From the NCBI GenBank assembly GCA_951406725.2, contig OX597816.1, positions 72,230,001 to 72,294,000 on the forward strand: DNA of 64,000 bases, given 5' to 3'. The position numbers and the translations under genes are program-made. The notes beneath the pieces were generated by a model. That model ran no database searches and was not told where the DNA came from. It saw only the letters and a program-made list of their open reading frames with translations. This document shows positions 12,700 through 27,980 of the stretch, piece after piece. The stretch comes from Octopus vulgaris (lineage: Eukaryota). How positions within the stretch are numbered: the first letter of the stretch is position 1; every line of letters starts with the position of its first letter.

Positions 12700-13101
12700 G
12701 GATCTTTTCGGTTTGAACGGCAGTTTTTCTAGCAGTGTCATATGAAATTGTCACCCATAATTATGACCCTAGTATCGATCTATTGCATTTCAATCTGTTC
12801 TAGGGTTAGGGGAAGGGTATCTTTTTTTCTTCAGAAATGTAAATAAACCCTATCTGTTTCTTAAACGAGGGACATATTCATACGGCACAGAATGTTTTCA
12901 CCTCAATAGACGTCATTGATTGGTTGAAATTGCAGAAATTGAAGAAAAAAACAACAAATATCTTACAAACCATAGAATTTTCTCAATAAAGCCAAGAGAA
13001 AATGATGTTTTATAAACACATTCTACCAGTATACGAAGTTTAAAAGTGTTTAGTTACGTGGAAATTATTTTAAAAAACTGCCGTTCAAGCCGAAAAGATC
13101 C
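12700..13101. mobile_element. MITE with ~29-bp TIRs and 8-bp TSD (Merlin- or hAT-type; superfamily uncertain)
   Basis: GGATCTTTTCGGTTTGAACGGCAGTTTTT ... AAAAACTGCCGTTCAAGCCGAAAAGATCC; GAGTGCTG duplicated at 12692-12699 and 13102-13109. Confidence 0.92.
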
Positions 13102-14129
13102 GAGTGCTGCACTGAAGATCGCAAGATCGTGGTTTTGAATATCAAACCAGGTGATGCAGCGCGTTTTGGAGCAAATATTGCTCCAGTTCACTCAACTGTA
13201 AATGAATAGCCCTGCACCAGACTGTGTCCTGCCTCGTGGGGAACGTTGTGATCTCGGTCCGCCATGAGAATCGGGTAACCAGCTTCATGAGTCCTAAGAC
13301 TTTTTACTTACATGTGCAGTCGAATTTAGCTTTTTACTAACATATTGCACTTTACGTGATATATGCAATCATTAGCGTGCACTGATCTCCGTTTTTTTGT
13401 TTCGTAACACTTGTCCATACATGTTATTATATATGTATGAAAATAAAGTAACGTATCATAACAGGATATCGTGATTCAACATAACCAAAAAATAAATACA
13501 TAAATAAATAAAATAAATAAATAAATAAATAAATAAAAGTAACAAAAAAACAACAAAAAAATTACTTATTTGAATTGATAATCTCAACAAATTTTTTTTT
13601 TTTTTTTCGCTTTTCCAAATATAAAAGTGTAAGTGAAACAAAAAGGATTAGCAGCTGGCATCGAATTGACACAGATGCGACGTACAGTACATAGTAGATC
13701 AAAGACACCGAAGATCGATTCTCGTTCAGACGCGCGAAATACACGCATATATTTAAGCTCAAATGCTAACTTCAACAAAAATTTTCCTAGACTACCCTAA
13801 TAATATTATGTACAAAACACTGTTTCTTTTTTACCTTCTACGGATCAATTATCATTTGTATTTTAGTTGCGGGTTATCATTCCCGTTTTTTTTTTGTCGC
13901 CTTTGATGTTACTGTTGTAAGTAGCTGGTTTCATAATAGTTATTGTGGTCGATGTTATGTACTGTCCAAGCGGTTTTTATTATTTATCATCGAAGTTCTA
14001 GTACGCTGTCTGTGTTCTCTCAAACTATTATTGTTCTCGCCGTTGCTCTTGGTCTTCTACAATATATTCTTTTGACGGTTAACATTTATTTTGTTTATTT
14101 GTTTTAGATACTTTTAGTGTAGGTTTCCT

Positions 14130-14455
14130 TGTATTGCTGTCCCCGTTGTTGTAAGAACAGCGACAATGGCTTGAGAGAAAAGAGCTCGTTACAACACAAC
14201 GAAACCTATAGTATATACACACACACATATTCATATCTATCTATCTATCTATATATCTATATATATATATCTATCTATCTATCTACACACACACACACAC
14301 TTTTAAATATATACATATATATCCATGTATGTATGTATTCATATGTATACACTCATAAATATATAGACATATTCACACATATGTATGTATATATACATTT
14401 ATATATATATATGTGTATATATATATATGTATATATACATGTATGTATATACATA

Positions 14456-14498
<43 letters not shown>

Positions 14499-14507
14499 AT
14501 ATACATA

Positions 14508-14548
<41 letters not shown>

Positions 14549-14559
14549 ATATACATATG

Positions 14560-14594
<35 letters not shown>

Positions 14595-14603
14595 ATATAC
14601 ATA

Positions 14604-14638
<35 letters not shown>

Positions 14639-14800
14639 CATGTATGTCTATATACATACATATATATAGACATACATGTATATATACACAGAAGCAAAAA
14701 ATATATATGTATACATACATATATATATTGACACACACATACATATATATGTGTGTGTGTATACATATACTTTCATTCCTGCGTATGCTTATACACACAT
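14130..14800. repeat. Compound (TA)n/(TATG)n microsatellite with higher-order unit CATGTATGTATATACATATGCA(TA)n
   Basis: Unit recurs about 4-5 times at 14437-14660. Confidence 0.9.
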
Positions 14801-15416
14801 TTCTGATTTTTTAAAATTTTGTTATAATCGTTAATGTTTATTTTAATGTTTGCTAGTTAGTATTATTATCATTATTTTTATTTTTATTAGTAGTACTAGT
14901 AATACTTATATTGTGACAATTATATTTCCATCGTGGTATTGATGCTGTCCTAACGGTTTAGCGCCTTAATAATTTTTGTTGCAACTGTTGTTGTTGTTAC
15001 ACGTGGAGTTTTGTTACTTTTGTAGCCGTATTATTGGTTGTTATAGCAAAGGTGGCGAGCTGGCAGAATCGTTAGCATGCTGGGCAAAATGCTTAACGTC
15101 ATTTCAAGTTCAAATACAGCCGAGTCCGTCTTTGTCTTTCATCGATGATAGAAGTACAGTTCACGCAAAATTTCAGGCCTTGTGCCTATAATCGAAAATT
15201 ATTATTCTTACTGTGTCGAGCAGTCAAAATCGTTAGAACGGTGAAAAGCAAATGCTTTTCGTTCTGGTTAATTAAGTTCAAAGATCGATTCCTGACACTG
15301 AAAACTTTGCTTTTATTCTTTCGGAGTCGATGAAGTAAAATACGTATCAAGTATATTTATGCATCAAGTATATTATTCGCTTCCGTCAATAAATTCAAGC
15401 GCACGCGCGTTACAGA

Positions 15417-15925
15417 AGAAAAAAGATAGACAAGTATCAAAAGCAGAAAATCATTTATACAGAATTGGACATATACCGATAAGAGGATGAAGTTATATCT
15501 TTACAGCCGTTTCAGAGATGTAGCGATTGGTTGGTGTTATAATGCAACATCAAGGAGACAAACTTAAGAATGAGCTAATATTACACACAGCAAATGGGCA
15601 AAAGTATTACTAATTTATATGAAGTTTGATACACGAGTATCTTAAAGCTGGAATCTCACTTGCCGTTATCCTTTTGAAGAAAATGTTCGGAGATACTGCT
15701 TGAAGATACTCGTGTCTCAAGTTTCATGCGCGTTGATAATATTTTATATTTTGTTTATGTGCTGTGATCAATACTGCCACCTGTTTGTATAAAATGTATT
15801 ATAACATCAACTATTTGCCGAATGTGCGAAACAGCAGTAAAGACTATCTTCATCCTGTTATATATTTATGTAACACCTTATACAAATGAGTTTCTACCAT
15901 CTAATTGTCTGCCTATCTTTTCTCT
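15417..15925. repeat. Old diverged ~500-bp fold-back element
   Basis: AGGATGAAGTTATATCTTTACAGCCGTTTC vs GAAACAGCAGTAAAGACTATCTTCATCCT; ACACGAGTATCTTAAAGC vs GCTTGAAGATACTCGTGT; GTTGGTGTTATAATGCA vs TGTATTATAACATCAAC. Confidence 0.8.
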
Positions 15926-16699
15926 TTATAACTCATGTAAGCTCCGTGTTTTTTATAGCCAACTCTTACTTTTGCTGGTCTAACTTAGCCTTATTAGAAA
16001 GTTGGAATTTCAGAATCTGACCACTTAGGGTTCTTACTCAGTACTCTTGTACTAGAGTCTTTCACCTATTATGCATACATGTATGTATGTATGTATGTAT
16101 GTATGTATGTATGTATGTATGTAGGTATGTATGTATGTATGTATGTATGTACGTACGTACGTACGTACGTAGGCTGTGTGCATACTAGTTAGCATATTTA
16201 GCCTGTAACCAAAATCAGAATCTGGTTTCAGTCAAAGGTAGTAGACACCGAGATGATTAGTGAACCCTGGTCCGAGACTCATCAGTTACCCTTTTGACAT
16301 TTAATTGAATCGGGAAAATGCCGTGTAAAATGTTCTGTTCACAAACATATGTGTATTTCACCAACAAATTTTAAAGCCATAGTACTTGAACGTGTTTTCC
16401 ACTATCTTAACCACTCGATTATTTCAACCCTACGTGCTAGATAAATGTGTGTGTGTGTGTGTGTTTGTGAGAGAGAGAGAGAGGGAGAGAGAGATTTTGT
16501 CCAGGTACATAGGGACGCCATCATATAAGTAAATCCATAACATGGTTTCATATAAGAATTTGTGTGGATATTATCAGTTCTTCATTGATGTGGCAAAGGG
16601 GACAGATCAAAAACTCTTTGCTTGTAAGCCTATATTGAGCACTTGAATGTTTACGCATATCAACCGCAACACACACTATTTAAATAAATATAGCTATGC

Positions 16700-16780
<81 letters not shown>

Positions 16781-16957
16781 ATGTGTGTGTATATATGTGT
16801 GTGTGTGTGTGTATATATATATATGTGTATATATATATGTGTGTATATATATATGTATGTATATATATGTGTGTGTATATATATATATGTATGTATGTAT
16901 ATATATGTGTGTGTATATATATATGTGTATATATATATGTGTGTATATATATATATA

Positions 16958-17044
<87 letters not shown>

Positions 17045-18000
17045 TGATAGATAGATAGATAGATAGATTGATAGATAGATAGATAGAAAGATAGATAGAT
17101 TTGTCATGATAAATAATGACAAATCCATCTTGAAGTATCGTCTGTAAATAAGGCGAAGACTTGCAGCTTACATGTGAACATGATCGGACGTCACTGATTA
17201 TTGAAACAAAATCAAATATTAGAGACGAAGAGCGAAAAAATTCAAAAGGAAAAAATGGCCGCCCCGAGTCTTAAAGCAAGCCAATGTTTGATTTATTAAA
17301 GCTTTTAATGGATATTAGGACGTGTCAAAGCATGAATTGGTCTCTCTGTGTTTGTTTAGTTTGATAGACATAAATTCGTTTTTGTACACATTGTTCTCTT
17401 TAGTTGCGTAAGAGAAGAGACTTGAATGAGATATAATCTAAAATGGAATCGTAAGGTAAAGTATTTCTAAATCACGGTTATTAAGCATTTGTCTCTTTTT
17501 TTTTTCAATAATTTTTGCCATGACACTCCTTTGAGATTTTAGTGAAACATACGGACTCGTTCTCAGAGCTGAACGTTGTGGTGTCTTACTAAATAAAAGT
17601 CTACTAATTATAGATTTATTTATGATCTTTTCTGTTATTTTTTTTCTGGTAGTCTAGCATATTTTTTATGAGTAGTAGTTAATTGTACAGTTCATGATAT
17701 TAGTAGCATTAAACTTTTGCAGAAGGTCGGTAGATATTCAAATATGAAGCTTCTTTATTTTTGTCACTTTGAAAAAGAGGCTTAGCCTTTACGATGCAGT
17801 TTTGACTATATTATAAAGATGCGATCACATTGAAAGGGTATCAGTGATTTATACAAATATCCCTGTAATTTGACACAAGAAAGCCTTATCGATACATATT
17901 AAATAAACAGTGAACAGATATTATTCAACAATTTAAATAGTAAGTTATTTCTACGAAATATCAACCCTATTCATTGTAGTTAAGTTTTAATGTTTGTTTG

Positions 18001-18296
18001 TTCCTTATCGAGCCACGCCTGGCTCATAAGGGCCGGTTTCCCGGTTTCCTTTGTGTATAGGTTCCTCACATGGACGGGACGCCGGTCCGTCGTAGGTGAG
18101 CTGCAAGATGCAGGAGGAAAGAGTGAGAGAAAGTTGTGGCGAAAGAGTCAGCAGAAGTTCGCCATTACCTTCTGCCGGAGCCGCGTGGAGCTTAGGTGTT
18201 TCGCTCATAAACACGCACATCGCCCGGTCTGAGATTCGAACCCGCGATCCCTCGACCGCGAATCCGCTGCTCTAACCACGAGGCCATGTGCCTCCA
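18001..18296 (-). mobile_element. Family A SINE, well-preserved tRNA-Arg-like head
   Basis: TGGAGGCACATGGCCTCGTGGTTAGAGCAGCGGATTCGCGGTCGAGGGATCGCGGGTTCGAATCTC. Confidence 0.9.
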
Positions 18297-18709
18297 CAAG
18301 TTTCAATGTTGATATATTCCTTGCAAGAAGTGTCAAAATGCTAACAACATACAACTGTTATAATAAAACAATATGTTGGTATGTATGTTGTTACTACATA
18401 CAACTACCTGACTTAAATGATACACGTCAATAAAGAATGTGACAAAATTATTTCGGCAAATACGGAAGATAACTCATCACGTTTCCTTCTTATGATTTTA
18501 TCGTACTTGTCTGCGTCTGACACAGTGATGTAGATGTCAAATTTCCTTTTAATTATAGGTTTACGAGTGTCCCAGCATTGTCTTTAGAAGCTTATAATTC
18601 GCTGCCTCTCGCAGGAATTCTATCCCTAACATGTTCGTTACTATTTACACTGTTAAATCGATAGCATCCCCATGAAGAGTTGTTCTAGATTCTCAGAAGT
18701 ATTTTCTTG

Positions 18710-19125
18710 TTTGAAGAAGTCTGGGAGACATCAGTCGATTAAATTAATCCCAGTGTACTTGAGTATGACTTTATTTTAACAACCTCAGAAGGATGAACAG
18801 CAAATTTGACTTTGACAAAATTGAACTCAAAACGAAAGGGCTAGAATTTGATAAGACAAATTTTTGCTTGACGTTTTTACGATTCTGCAAATTAACTACT
18901 TCAATAATAATCTTTTCTACTATAGGCAGAAGGCTTGACATTTTGGGAGAGACGATAAGTCGATTTCATCGACCCCAGTGCTCAACTGCTACTTAATTTA
19001 TCGACCCGAAAGGATGAAAGGCAAAGTCGACCTCGGCAGAATTTGCACTCAGAACGTAACGACGGGTGAAATATGGCTAAGCATTTTGCCCGGCGTGTTA
19101 ACGATTCTGCCAGCTCGCCGCCTTA
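18710..19125 (-). mobile_element. Two family B SINEs (one degenerate)
   Basis: CCCGAAAGGATGAAAGGCAAAGTCGACCTCGGC..CCAGCTCGCCGCCTT. Confidence 0.85.
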
Positions 19126-19140
19126 ACTACTTCAACATAA

Positions 19141-19199
<59 letters not shown>

Positions 19200-19614
19200 A
19201 GGTTTACAGTTAAGTAATTACTCAGGGGCGCCATCTTCCTGAAAACAACAGTTAAATTAGAGTTGATATATTAGAAATAGGGAATGTTAAAAAAAAAGCT
19301 TAAGTGATATAAGTGAGCGGTGAGAAATTTAGTATTTACAGAATGAATGTGCATCTACAATAACAAAGAATTTGTGAATGCATACGATTTCAATACCATT
19401 CGTTGAATCGCCGAGAATTCTTCGAATCGTTTGATTAATCAACAGACCAGTTACAATGTTATGGTCAAACGTAATAGTATATTTTATGTATTATTAAAAA
19501 CCAAAGATTTTATATCTAACTACATTGTACAGGTTTTTTTTTATATTTCTGTGGTTCTTCGTATATAGATATATGTGTTAATTATTCTCGATAGATAATA
19601 TGATAGTATGCAAG

Positions 19615-19935
19615 TTCCTAGGGTATTCGGCCCACAATTGTAAGGTCGTGAGTTCAATTCCCGGCGGCAAGTCGTGTCCTTGAGCAAAACACTTTATTTC
19701 ATGGTGCTCCAGTTCACTCAGCGGGTAAAAATGCGTAGTACCCGTATTCCAAATGGCCAGCCTTGTCACATTCTGTGTCCCACTGAATCTCCCTGAGAAC
19801 TACGTTAGGGGTACACGTGTCAGTGGAGTACTCAACCAGTTGTACGGTAGTTTCAGGTGAAGGCTGTTCCGTTGATCGAAGTGGAACCCTCGCCGTCGTA
19901 ACCAACGGAATGCCAGTTACAAAAAAAAAAAAGAA
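19615..19935 (+). mobile_element. Family C SINE with a third tail type
   Basis: GTGTCCTTGAGCAAAACACTTTATTTCATGGTGCTCCAGTTCACTCAGC core, distinct tail, A-rich end. Confidence 0.8.
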
Positions 19936-19947
19936 ATGAGAGTATGG

Positions 19948-20027
<80 letters not shown>

Positions 20028-20144
20028 ATGTATGTATGTATGTATGTATGTATGTATGTATGTATGTATGTATGTATGTATGTATGTATGTACGTACGTA
20101 CGTATATATGAATGTATCTGACTGTGTGTATGTGTATCTCATGT

Positions 20145-20390
20145 TGTAATTGTTTCGGTCATTGGACTGTGGCCATGCTGGAACCGCTGGGTTACGGGGG
20201 ACGTAAACAAACCAATATTACTTATCAAACGGTGGTGGTGCACAAACACAAACACACATTGGTATATACATATACGACGGGCTTCTTTCAGTTTCCGTCC
20301 ACCACAGCCATATGTCCGGGGTGCTACGCAGAGATATTCAACCTGGAACTATATGGCTTGGTAGCAAAGTTCTTACCACACAGCCATTAC
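20145..20390 (-). mobile_element. Family D SINE, internally deleted
   Basis: GTTACGGGGACGTAAAC, ACGACGGGCTTCTTTCAGTTTCCGTC, CTTACCACACAGCCA. Confidence 0.75.
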
Positions 20391-20524
20391 ATGTGTGACT
20401 ATGTTTCTCTCTCTCCCTCTCTCTCACACACACAAACTGTTTGCATATTCGCAAAAACATACGCACACTTGTACACACGTACATATGCATTTCAGTCGGT
20501 AAAGCATCAGATTATATATATATA

Positions 20525-21202
20525 ATCTCCCTTTTAGTAGAAAGAATAGCTATAACTCTTTGACTGCTATTTCTAAATTCGGTGTGTGGTGAGGCAATTC
20601 GTTGCTAAACCCTTAATTGCTTAGTATTACTTAAATTTTCCTCGAATGAGGCTTTTACATGCCGAAATCTACTTGGTGTAATTAATAATTATTCCAAATT
20701 AATTAATTTCACCCTATATTTTTACTGATAACCATATTTCATCCCAGTAAATGACCACAGCATCTTGTCTTGGCTGCACGCGGGTGGGAAGGGGCTGGTG
20801 ACACAAACTTTCATTCACACTTTGAATTTGGTGGTACTGGTAATGGCTTTAGCTCGCTCTGATACTGAGTTGAGACGATGCCTTCTAGTATCTCGAAATT
20901 TAATATACAATTATTCATAATTGTAGTGTCCTACGCTGATGAGAAAAGAAGTTGGGTAAGATAGAATTATCTAATTCTTATGCTTTCCTAAAACTTGATT
21001 TCGAAACGTACGTCCGTAGGTGACTTAAAATTGTATGATAGATTGCCGTCATTTCATTCTCTCTTACCTGTCCGTGTTTGCCTTTCAAGTGCTGTGTTTT
21101 TACTGAGATCTCCCTTTTACTAGAAAGAATAGCTATAACTCTTTGACTGCTATTTCTAAATTCGGTGTGTGGTGAGGCAATTCGTTGCTAAACCCTTAAT
21201 TG

Positions 21203-21204
<2 letters not shown>
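20525..21204 (+). mobile_element. Terminally redundant non-coding element (Penelope pLTR / retrozyme-like), 583-bp period
   Basis: 97-bp direct repeat at 20525-20621 and 21108-21204 (1 mismatch), flanked by (TA)n, contains a hammerhead fold. Confidence 0.85.
20930..21020 (+). ncRNA. Type I hammerhead ribozyme fold with long stem II
   Basis: CCTACG-CTGATGA-GAAA..TTTC-GAAA-CGTACG-TC-CGTAGG: 6-bp stem I, exact core, 60-nt stem II region, palindromic stem III, GUC cleavage triplet (predicted cut after 21014). Confidence 0.88.
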
Positions 21205-23442
<2,238 letters not shown>

Positions 23443-23756
23443 TAAGGGATAGATAAAATACGCATATACGGCGGAGTCAGTAAAGTTTTACTTGGAGACA
23501 GCTCTATGCTTAATCACCCTGGGTCGGATCGCATGGATAAGGGTGTAAGACACCAGTCACCCACTAAATCCAGGGTAGATGTATATAGTTGAAACACACA
23601 CACACACGCATACATTTATATAATATACATATGTATATAGGAAATACAACTGAATACGAATATAAATCCATATATAATAAACACAAATTTATGTACACCA
23701 CACACACGCGTACATATATATATATATATATATACACTTCTATATAAAAATACAAT

Positions 23757-23905
23757 AGGCGCAGGAGTGGCTGTGTGGTATGTAGCTTGGTTCCGGGTTC
23801 AGTCCCACTGCGTGGCACCTTGGATAAAGGGTCTTCTACTTTAGCATCGGGCCAACTAATGCCTTGTGAGTGGATTTGGTAGACGGAAACTGAAAGAAAC
23901 CCGTC

Positions 23906-23991
<86 letters not shown>

Positions 23992-24182
23992 TTGTGTGTG
24001 TGTGTGTTTGTCCCTCCAACATCGCTTGACAACCGATGCTGGTGTGTTTACGTCCCCTTAACGTAGCGGTTCAGCAAAGAAACCGATAGAATAAGTACTA
24101 AGCTTACAAAGAATAAGTCCTGGGGTCGATTTGCTCGACTAAAGGCGGTGCTCCAGCATGACTGAAACAAGTAAAAGAGAGT
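23757..24182 (+). mobile_element. Family D SINE, near full length
   Basis: AGGCGCAGGAGTGGCTGTGTGGTA..GGTTCAGTCCC head, internal (TA)n(TG)n, tail GACTGAAACAAGTAAAAGAGAG. Confidence 0.9.
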
Positions 24183-24458
24183 ATAGAATACACACACACG
24201 CATATATATATATATATATATATATATGCATATATACATGCATATATAATATAAATTATAGTCATTTGTATATATCTGTAATATATATGGATATACACAT
24301 CTACATATATACGTGTGTGTAAAGACATCTACGTTTATTATATATGTACTTAACTCTCTCTTTCGCGCGTGTTAGTATGTATGCGTATATATATATATAT
24401 TTATGTAATTATGAAATGTATATACTTATATACAATGTATGAATAGGCTTTCATAATG

Positions 24459-24494
<36 letters not shown>

Positions 24495-25985
24495 CACACA
24501 TACATAATGCATGCACATTTACTCAAATATACATACACTCACACGTAGGCACCCACAGTTATAGAAATAAATCAAAAGTACAAATAGGTACAGCATAAAT
24601 ACAGAAATTATATGCACACACAAAACCCCACCCATATACAATAGTACACACACACACATACACACAATCACGATATGAAAATGACTAATGGCAAAAGGAA
24701 ATTGCAAATGAAATGACAACAGTTGAACGAAAGAAACAAATTGAGAGAAGGAACCCCCCCCCCACTTCGTTTATCCAGGGGAGAGAGGGAGAGAGAGATG
24801 ATGTGTTGACGTGGTGGAAGGGAATATAAAAGTTTGTAGGGGTAAAAATGAAAAAGGGCCCTAAAAGGGATATTGGTGAATAAGAGTCATAGAATACGTG
24901 TTTGCATATATATGTATGCTTACACACACATATAAACATGCAAACATATATACACCTATACACACACACATATACATACAAACGCACATATATACATACA
25001 TATACACGCACACACGTATTCATACACATACAAGTATATACATATATATTATATGCACATACGTACACATATACATAAACACATACAAATATAGACACAC
25101 ATATGCACTCACATATAAACGCAAACACATATATATAAACACACACACACGCATATATATATATATATATATAAACACAAACACACACACACACACATAT
25201 ATATATATATCAACACAAACACACACACACACATATATATAAACACAAACACACACATATATATATATACACATACAAACGCATATATACATACATATAC
25301 ACGCACACATGTATTCATACACGTACATACATATATATACACATACATACACACACACATATATATATATACATATATATAAACACACACAAACATATTT
25401 AAAATATCATTTATACGACGAAAGATAAGGCTTTTCTGATATATAGTCGTCTACTGATTTGAGATTATTTAATCTCTTCCTCCCGCCCCTCAGACATCCC
25501 TGTATACATTCACCTACACCTGTAGCTTGCTCTATACTTTTTCAATATTTTTTTGAGAAATATCATCATTGCAATCATCATCGTCATCATCATCAACACT
25601 GGACATTGTTGTCACGAGCCTTTGGACACACAGGGTTGTTTATTCGGTTTCTATGGCGTATAACTGACCGATATCACAATATTCCCCCTGGACGTGTCAG
25701 TAGTCTATTGTAGGTTTATTCATTTACAACTCTGAGGACTGTAACATCGTGAAATGAAGTGATTTGCTTAAGAAATTCCTTGTGATCGCGAGTGCTACAC
25801 CGTAACCACCAGGCCACGTGCCTTCAGAGCACTGCAGAGGGAGAATAGAGCAGTAATTCGTGTTAAAGGCATATATCTTCAGTGAGAGTTAGAGGTTGTG
25901 AATCCGACCAACTAAGGGATAGTAACTATCCAAAACACTGCTGGTAGTGTACCCAATTATTAATACCAAAGTGCTAGTTATTGCC

Positions 25986-26072
<87 letters not shown>

Positions 26073-26096
26073 CACACACATGCATAAATTCAGGAG

Positions 26097-26252
26097 TATG
26101 ACTTCTCTATGATTACAGCCGTTTCGTAACCAGCCTCACGTAGTATTAAGCAAAAATATACGTTTGCATTAGTATGCAAGCTGAGCATTATTAATACAAT
26201 TGTATATTCATAAATATCGCTACGAAACAGCTGTAATCATATGGAAATCATA
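26097..26252. repeat. Inverted repeat with ~32-bp arms containing GAAACAGCTGTA (hammerhead 3' half)
   Basis: TATGACTTCTCTATGATTACAGCCGTTTCGTA vs TACGAAACAGCTGTAATCATATGGAAATCATA. Confidence 0.8.
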
Positions 26253-26607
26253 TGGGGAAAATAGATGTGTTTTCACCTCTCACAACTCCTGATGTGAAAA
26301 TTTATTTACTCTTCACGGAAAACTATCGTTCCGATATCCTGGATTTTCAATTGCACGGACAATTTATATTACATTGTAATTGATTACTATGTAGACTGAT
26401 AGTTGCCTTCGAATGAAGAGTTGCATTAGTTTCTGAACCCATATTTGTAATTTATACTGTATTCACAACTGCGTAAATCAGAGCTAAAATAAATTTAAAT
26501 AGCGATGCTTCAGCAGAGTCACTTTTGAAGAGCTGAAACGGGTTGCAGCAGTAGTAGACTCGAACTAAAACTTTTGTGAGATTTGTTATATTGTTTTATG
26601 CCAAGTA

Positions 26608-26813
26608 CGGTAATCCCTCGATTGTCACGGGTGTTACGTTCCCAAACCCCTCGTGATAGGTGAAAACCCACGAAGTAGAAACAGTATTGTACTGTATATT
26701 TAAAAAAAATTATTTTCATAATTTGTATTTATTTTATTATAAATGCAAAACAACACCACAGAGGAATCGGTGTAAGCTTAAATAATAAACCGCGATGCGG
26801 CGAGGAATTACTG
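26608..26813. mobile_element. Tc1/pogo (Tigger-like) MITE
   Basis: TA|CGGTAATCCCTCG ... CGAGGAATTACTG|CA, 11/13 TIR match. Confidence 0.7.
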
Positions 26814-26816
26814 CAA

Positions 26817-27165
26817 TGTGAAGGCAAATGGCTCAGTCGCAAGAGTATCGGGCTTGCAATTATAAGGTTGTGAGTTCCATTCCCGGACAGGGTAGTGTGT
26901 TGTATTCTTGAACAGGACACTTTATATCACGTTGCTCCAGTTCACTCAGCTGTAGAAATGAGCTGCAATGTCACAGGTGCCAAGATGTATCGACCTTTGC
27001 CTTTCCTTTGAATAATATCAGTAGCATGGAGAGGGGGAGGCTGGTATGCATGGACAACTTTTGTTCTTCCACAAACAACCTTGCTCGGACTTCTAACCTC
27101 GGAGGGGAACTTTCTAGGCGCAATCCCATGGTCATTCATGACCGAAGGGGGTCTTTACCCTTTAT
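26817..27165 (+). mobile_element. Family C SINE, full length
   Basis: tRNA-like head, core, tail matching 1905-2160. Confidence 0.85.
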
Positions 27166-27433
27166 GTTGAGTTTTTAAATACTGCTCATATCAACTTTGT
27201 TTCACATCGTATCGAAGTTGATAAAATAACGGACTGATTAACTACAGATGAGTCGATTCAATTCGGTTGCATCAATACCTGGAGTAAACTCATGATGAAG
27301 AACGGTGTTGTAAGTCGACCGATCGCCAAATTATGTCTGATTTTAGGAGACATGTAATTAGATAGATTTGCATCTCTACCTATTATCAGATTTTGTTAGG
27401 GCCCCATATGGTAAAGATGTGGGTGGGAATAAT

Positions 27434-27660
27434 GCTGGCAGAAACGTTAGCGCGCCGGACGAAATGCTTAGCGGTATTTCGTCTGCCGCTACGTTCTGAG
27501 TTCAAATTCCGCCGAGGTCGACTTTGCCTTTCATCCTTTCGGGGTCGATAAATTAAGTACCAGTTACGCACTGGGGTCGATGTAATCGACTTAATACCTA
27601 TGTCTGTCCTTGTTTGTCCCCTCTGTGTTTAGCCCCTTGTGGGTAATAAAGAAATAGGTA
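27434..27660 (+). mobile_element. Family B SINE
   Basis: Match to 3731-3961. Confidence 0.9.
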
Positions 27661-27980
27661 TAGGGGGATGTGCTAGCAACCCTTTCTCCCCTTACTGTTT
27701 TAGAAAGTAAACAACAACAACACAAATAACTACGCAGATGCAGCCACGGTTGAAACAAGAGCAACAACCATTATCAAAAGTGAAAAGAAGCATGGTCATT
27801 CCTTACACAAGTGACCTTATATTATCACCCATCACTTGTTATGCGCTCGTAAATTAGTTTGATAATTTAGCTCTGGGGACCGGAACTCTGGTGGGAAAAA
27901 AATCGCAGCCGACTCATTCATAAGGTTTATTTGAATATCAGTAAGCAGATGTATGCAAAAACACACACACACACACACAG

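Noticed and set aside
13305-13365. TATTGCAC miR-92-type seed in a weak hairpin
   Set aside because: Only about 7 contiguous pairs, and the rest does not match miR-92
16215-16295. Minus-strand CTGATGA...GAAA hammerhead-like spacing
   Set aside because: No stem I or stem III; lies in decayed SINE-like sequence
17240-17940. Possible Penelope RT relic on the minus strand (QITGI motif)
   Set aside because: Only one short motif recognisable; needs a profile search
18225-18296. tRNA-Arg-like sequence (also 11020-11090, 63600-63675)
   Set aside because: SINE heads: no proper acceptor stem, and they run straight into the SINE body
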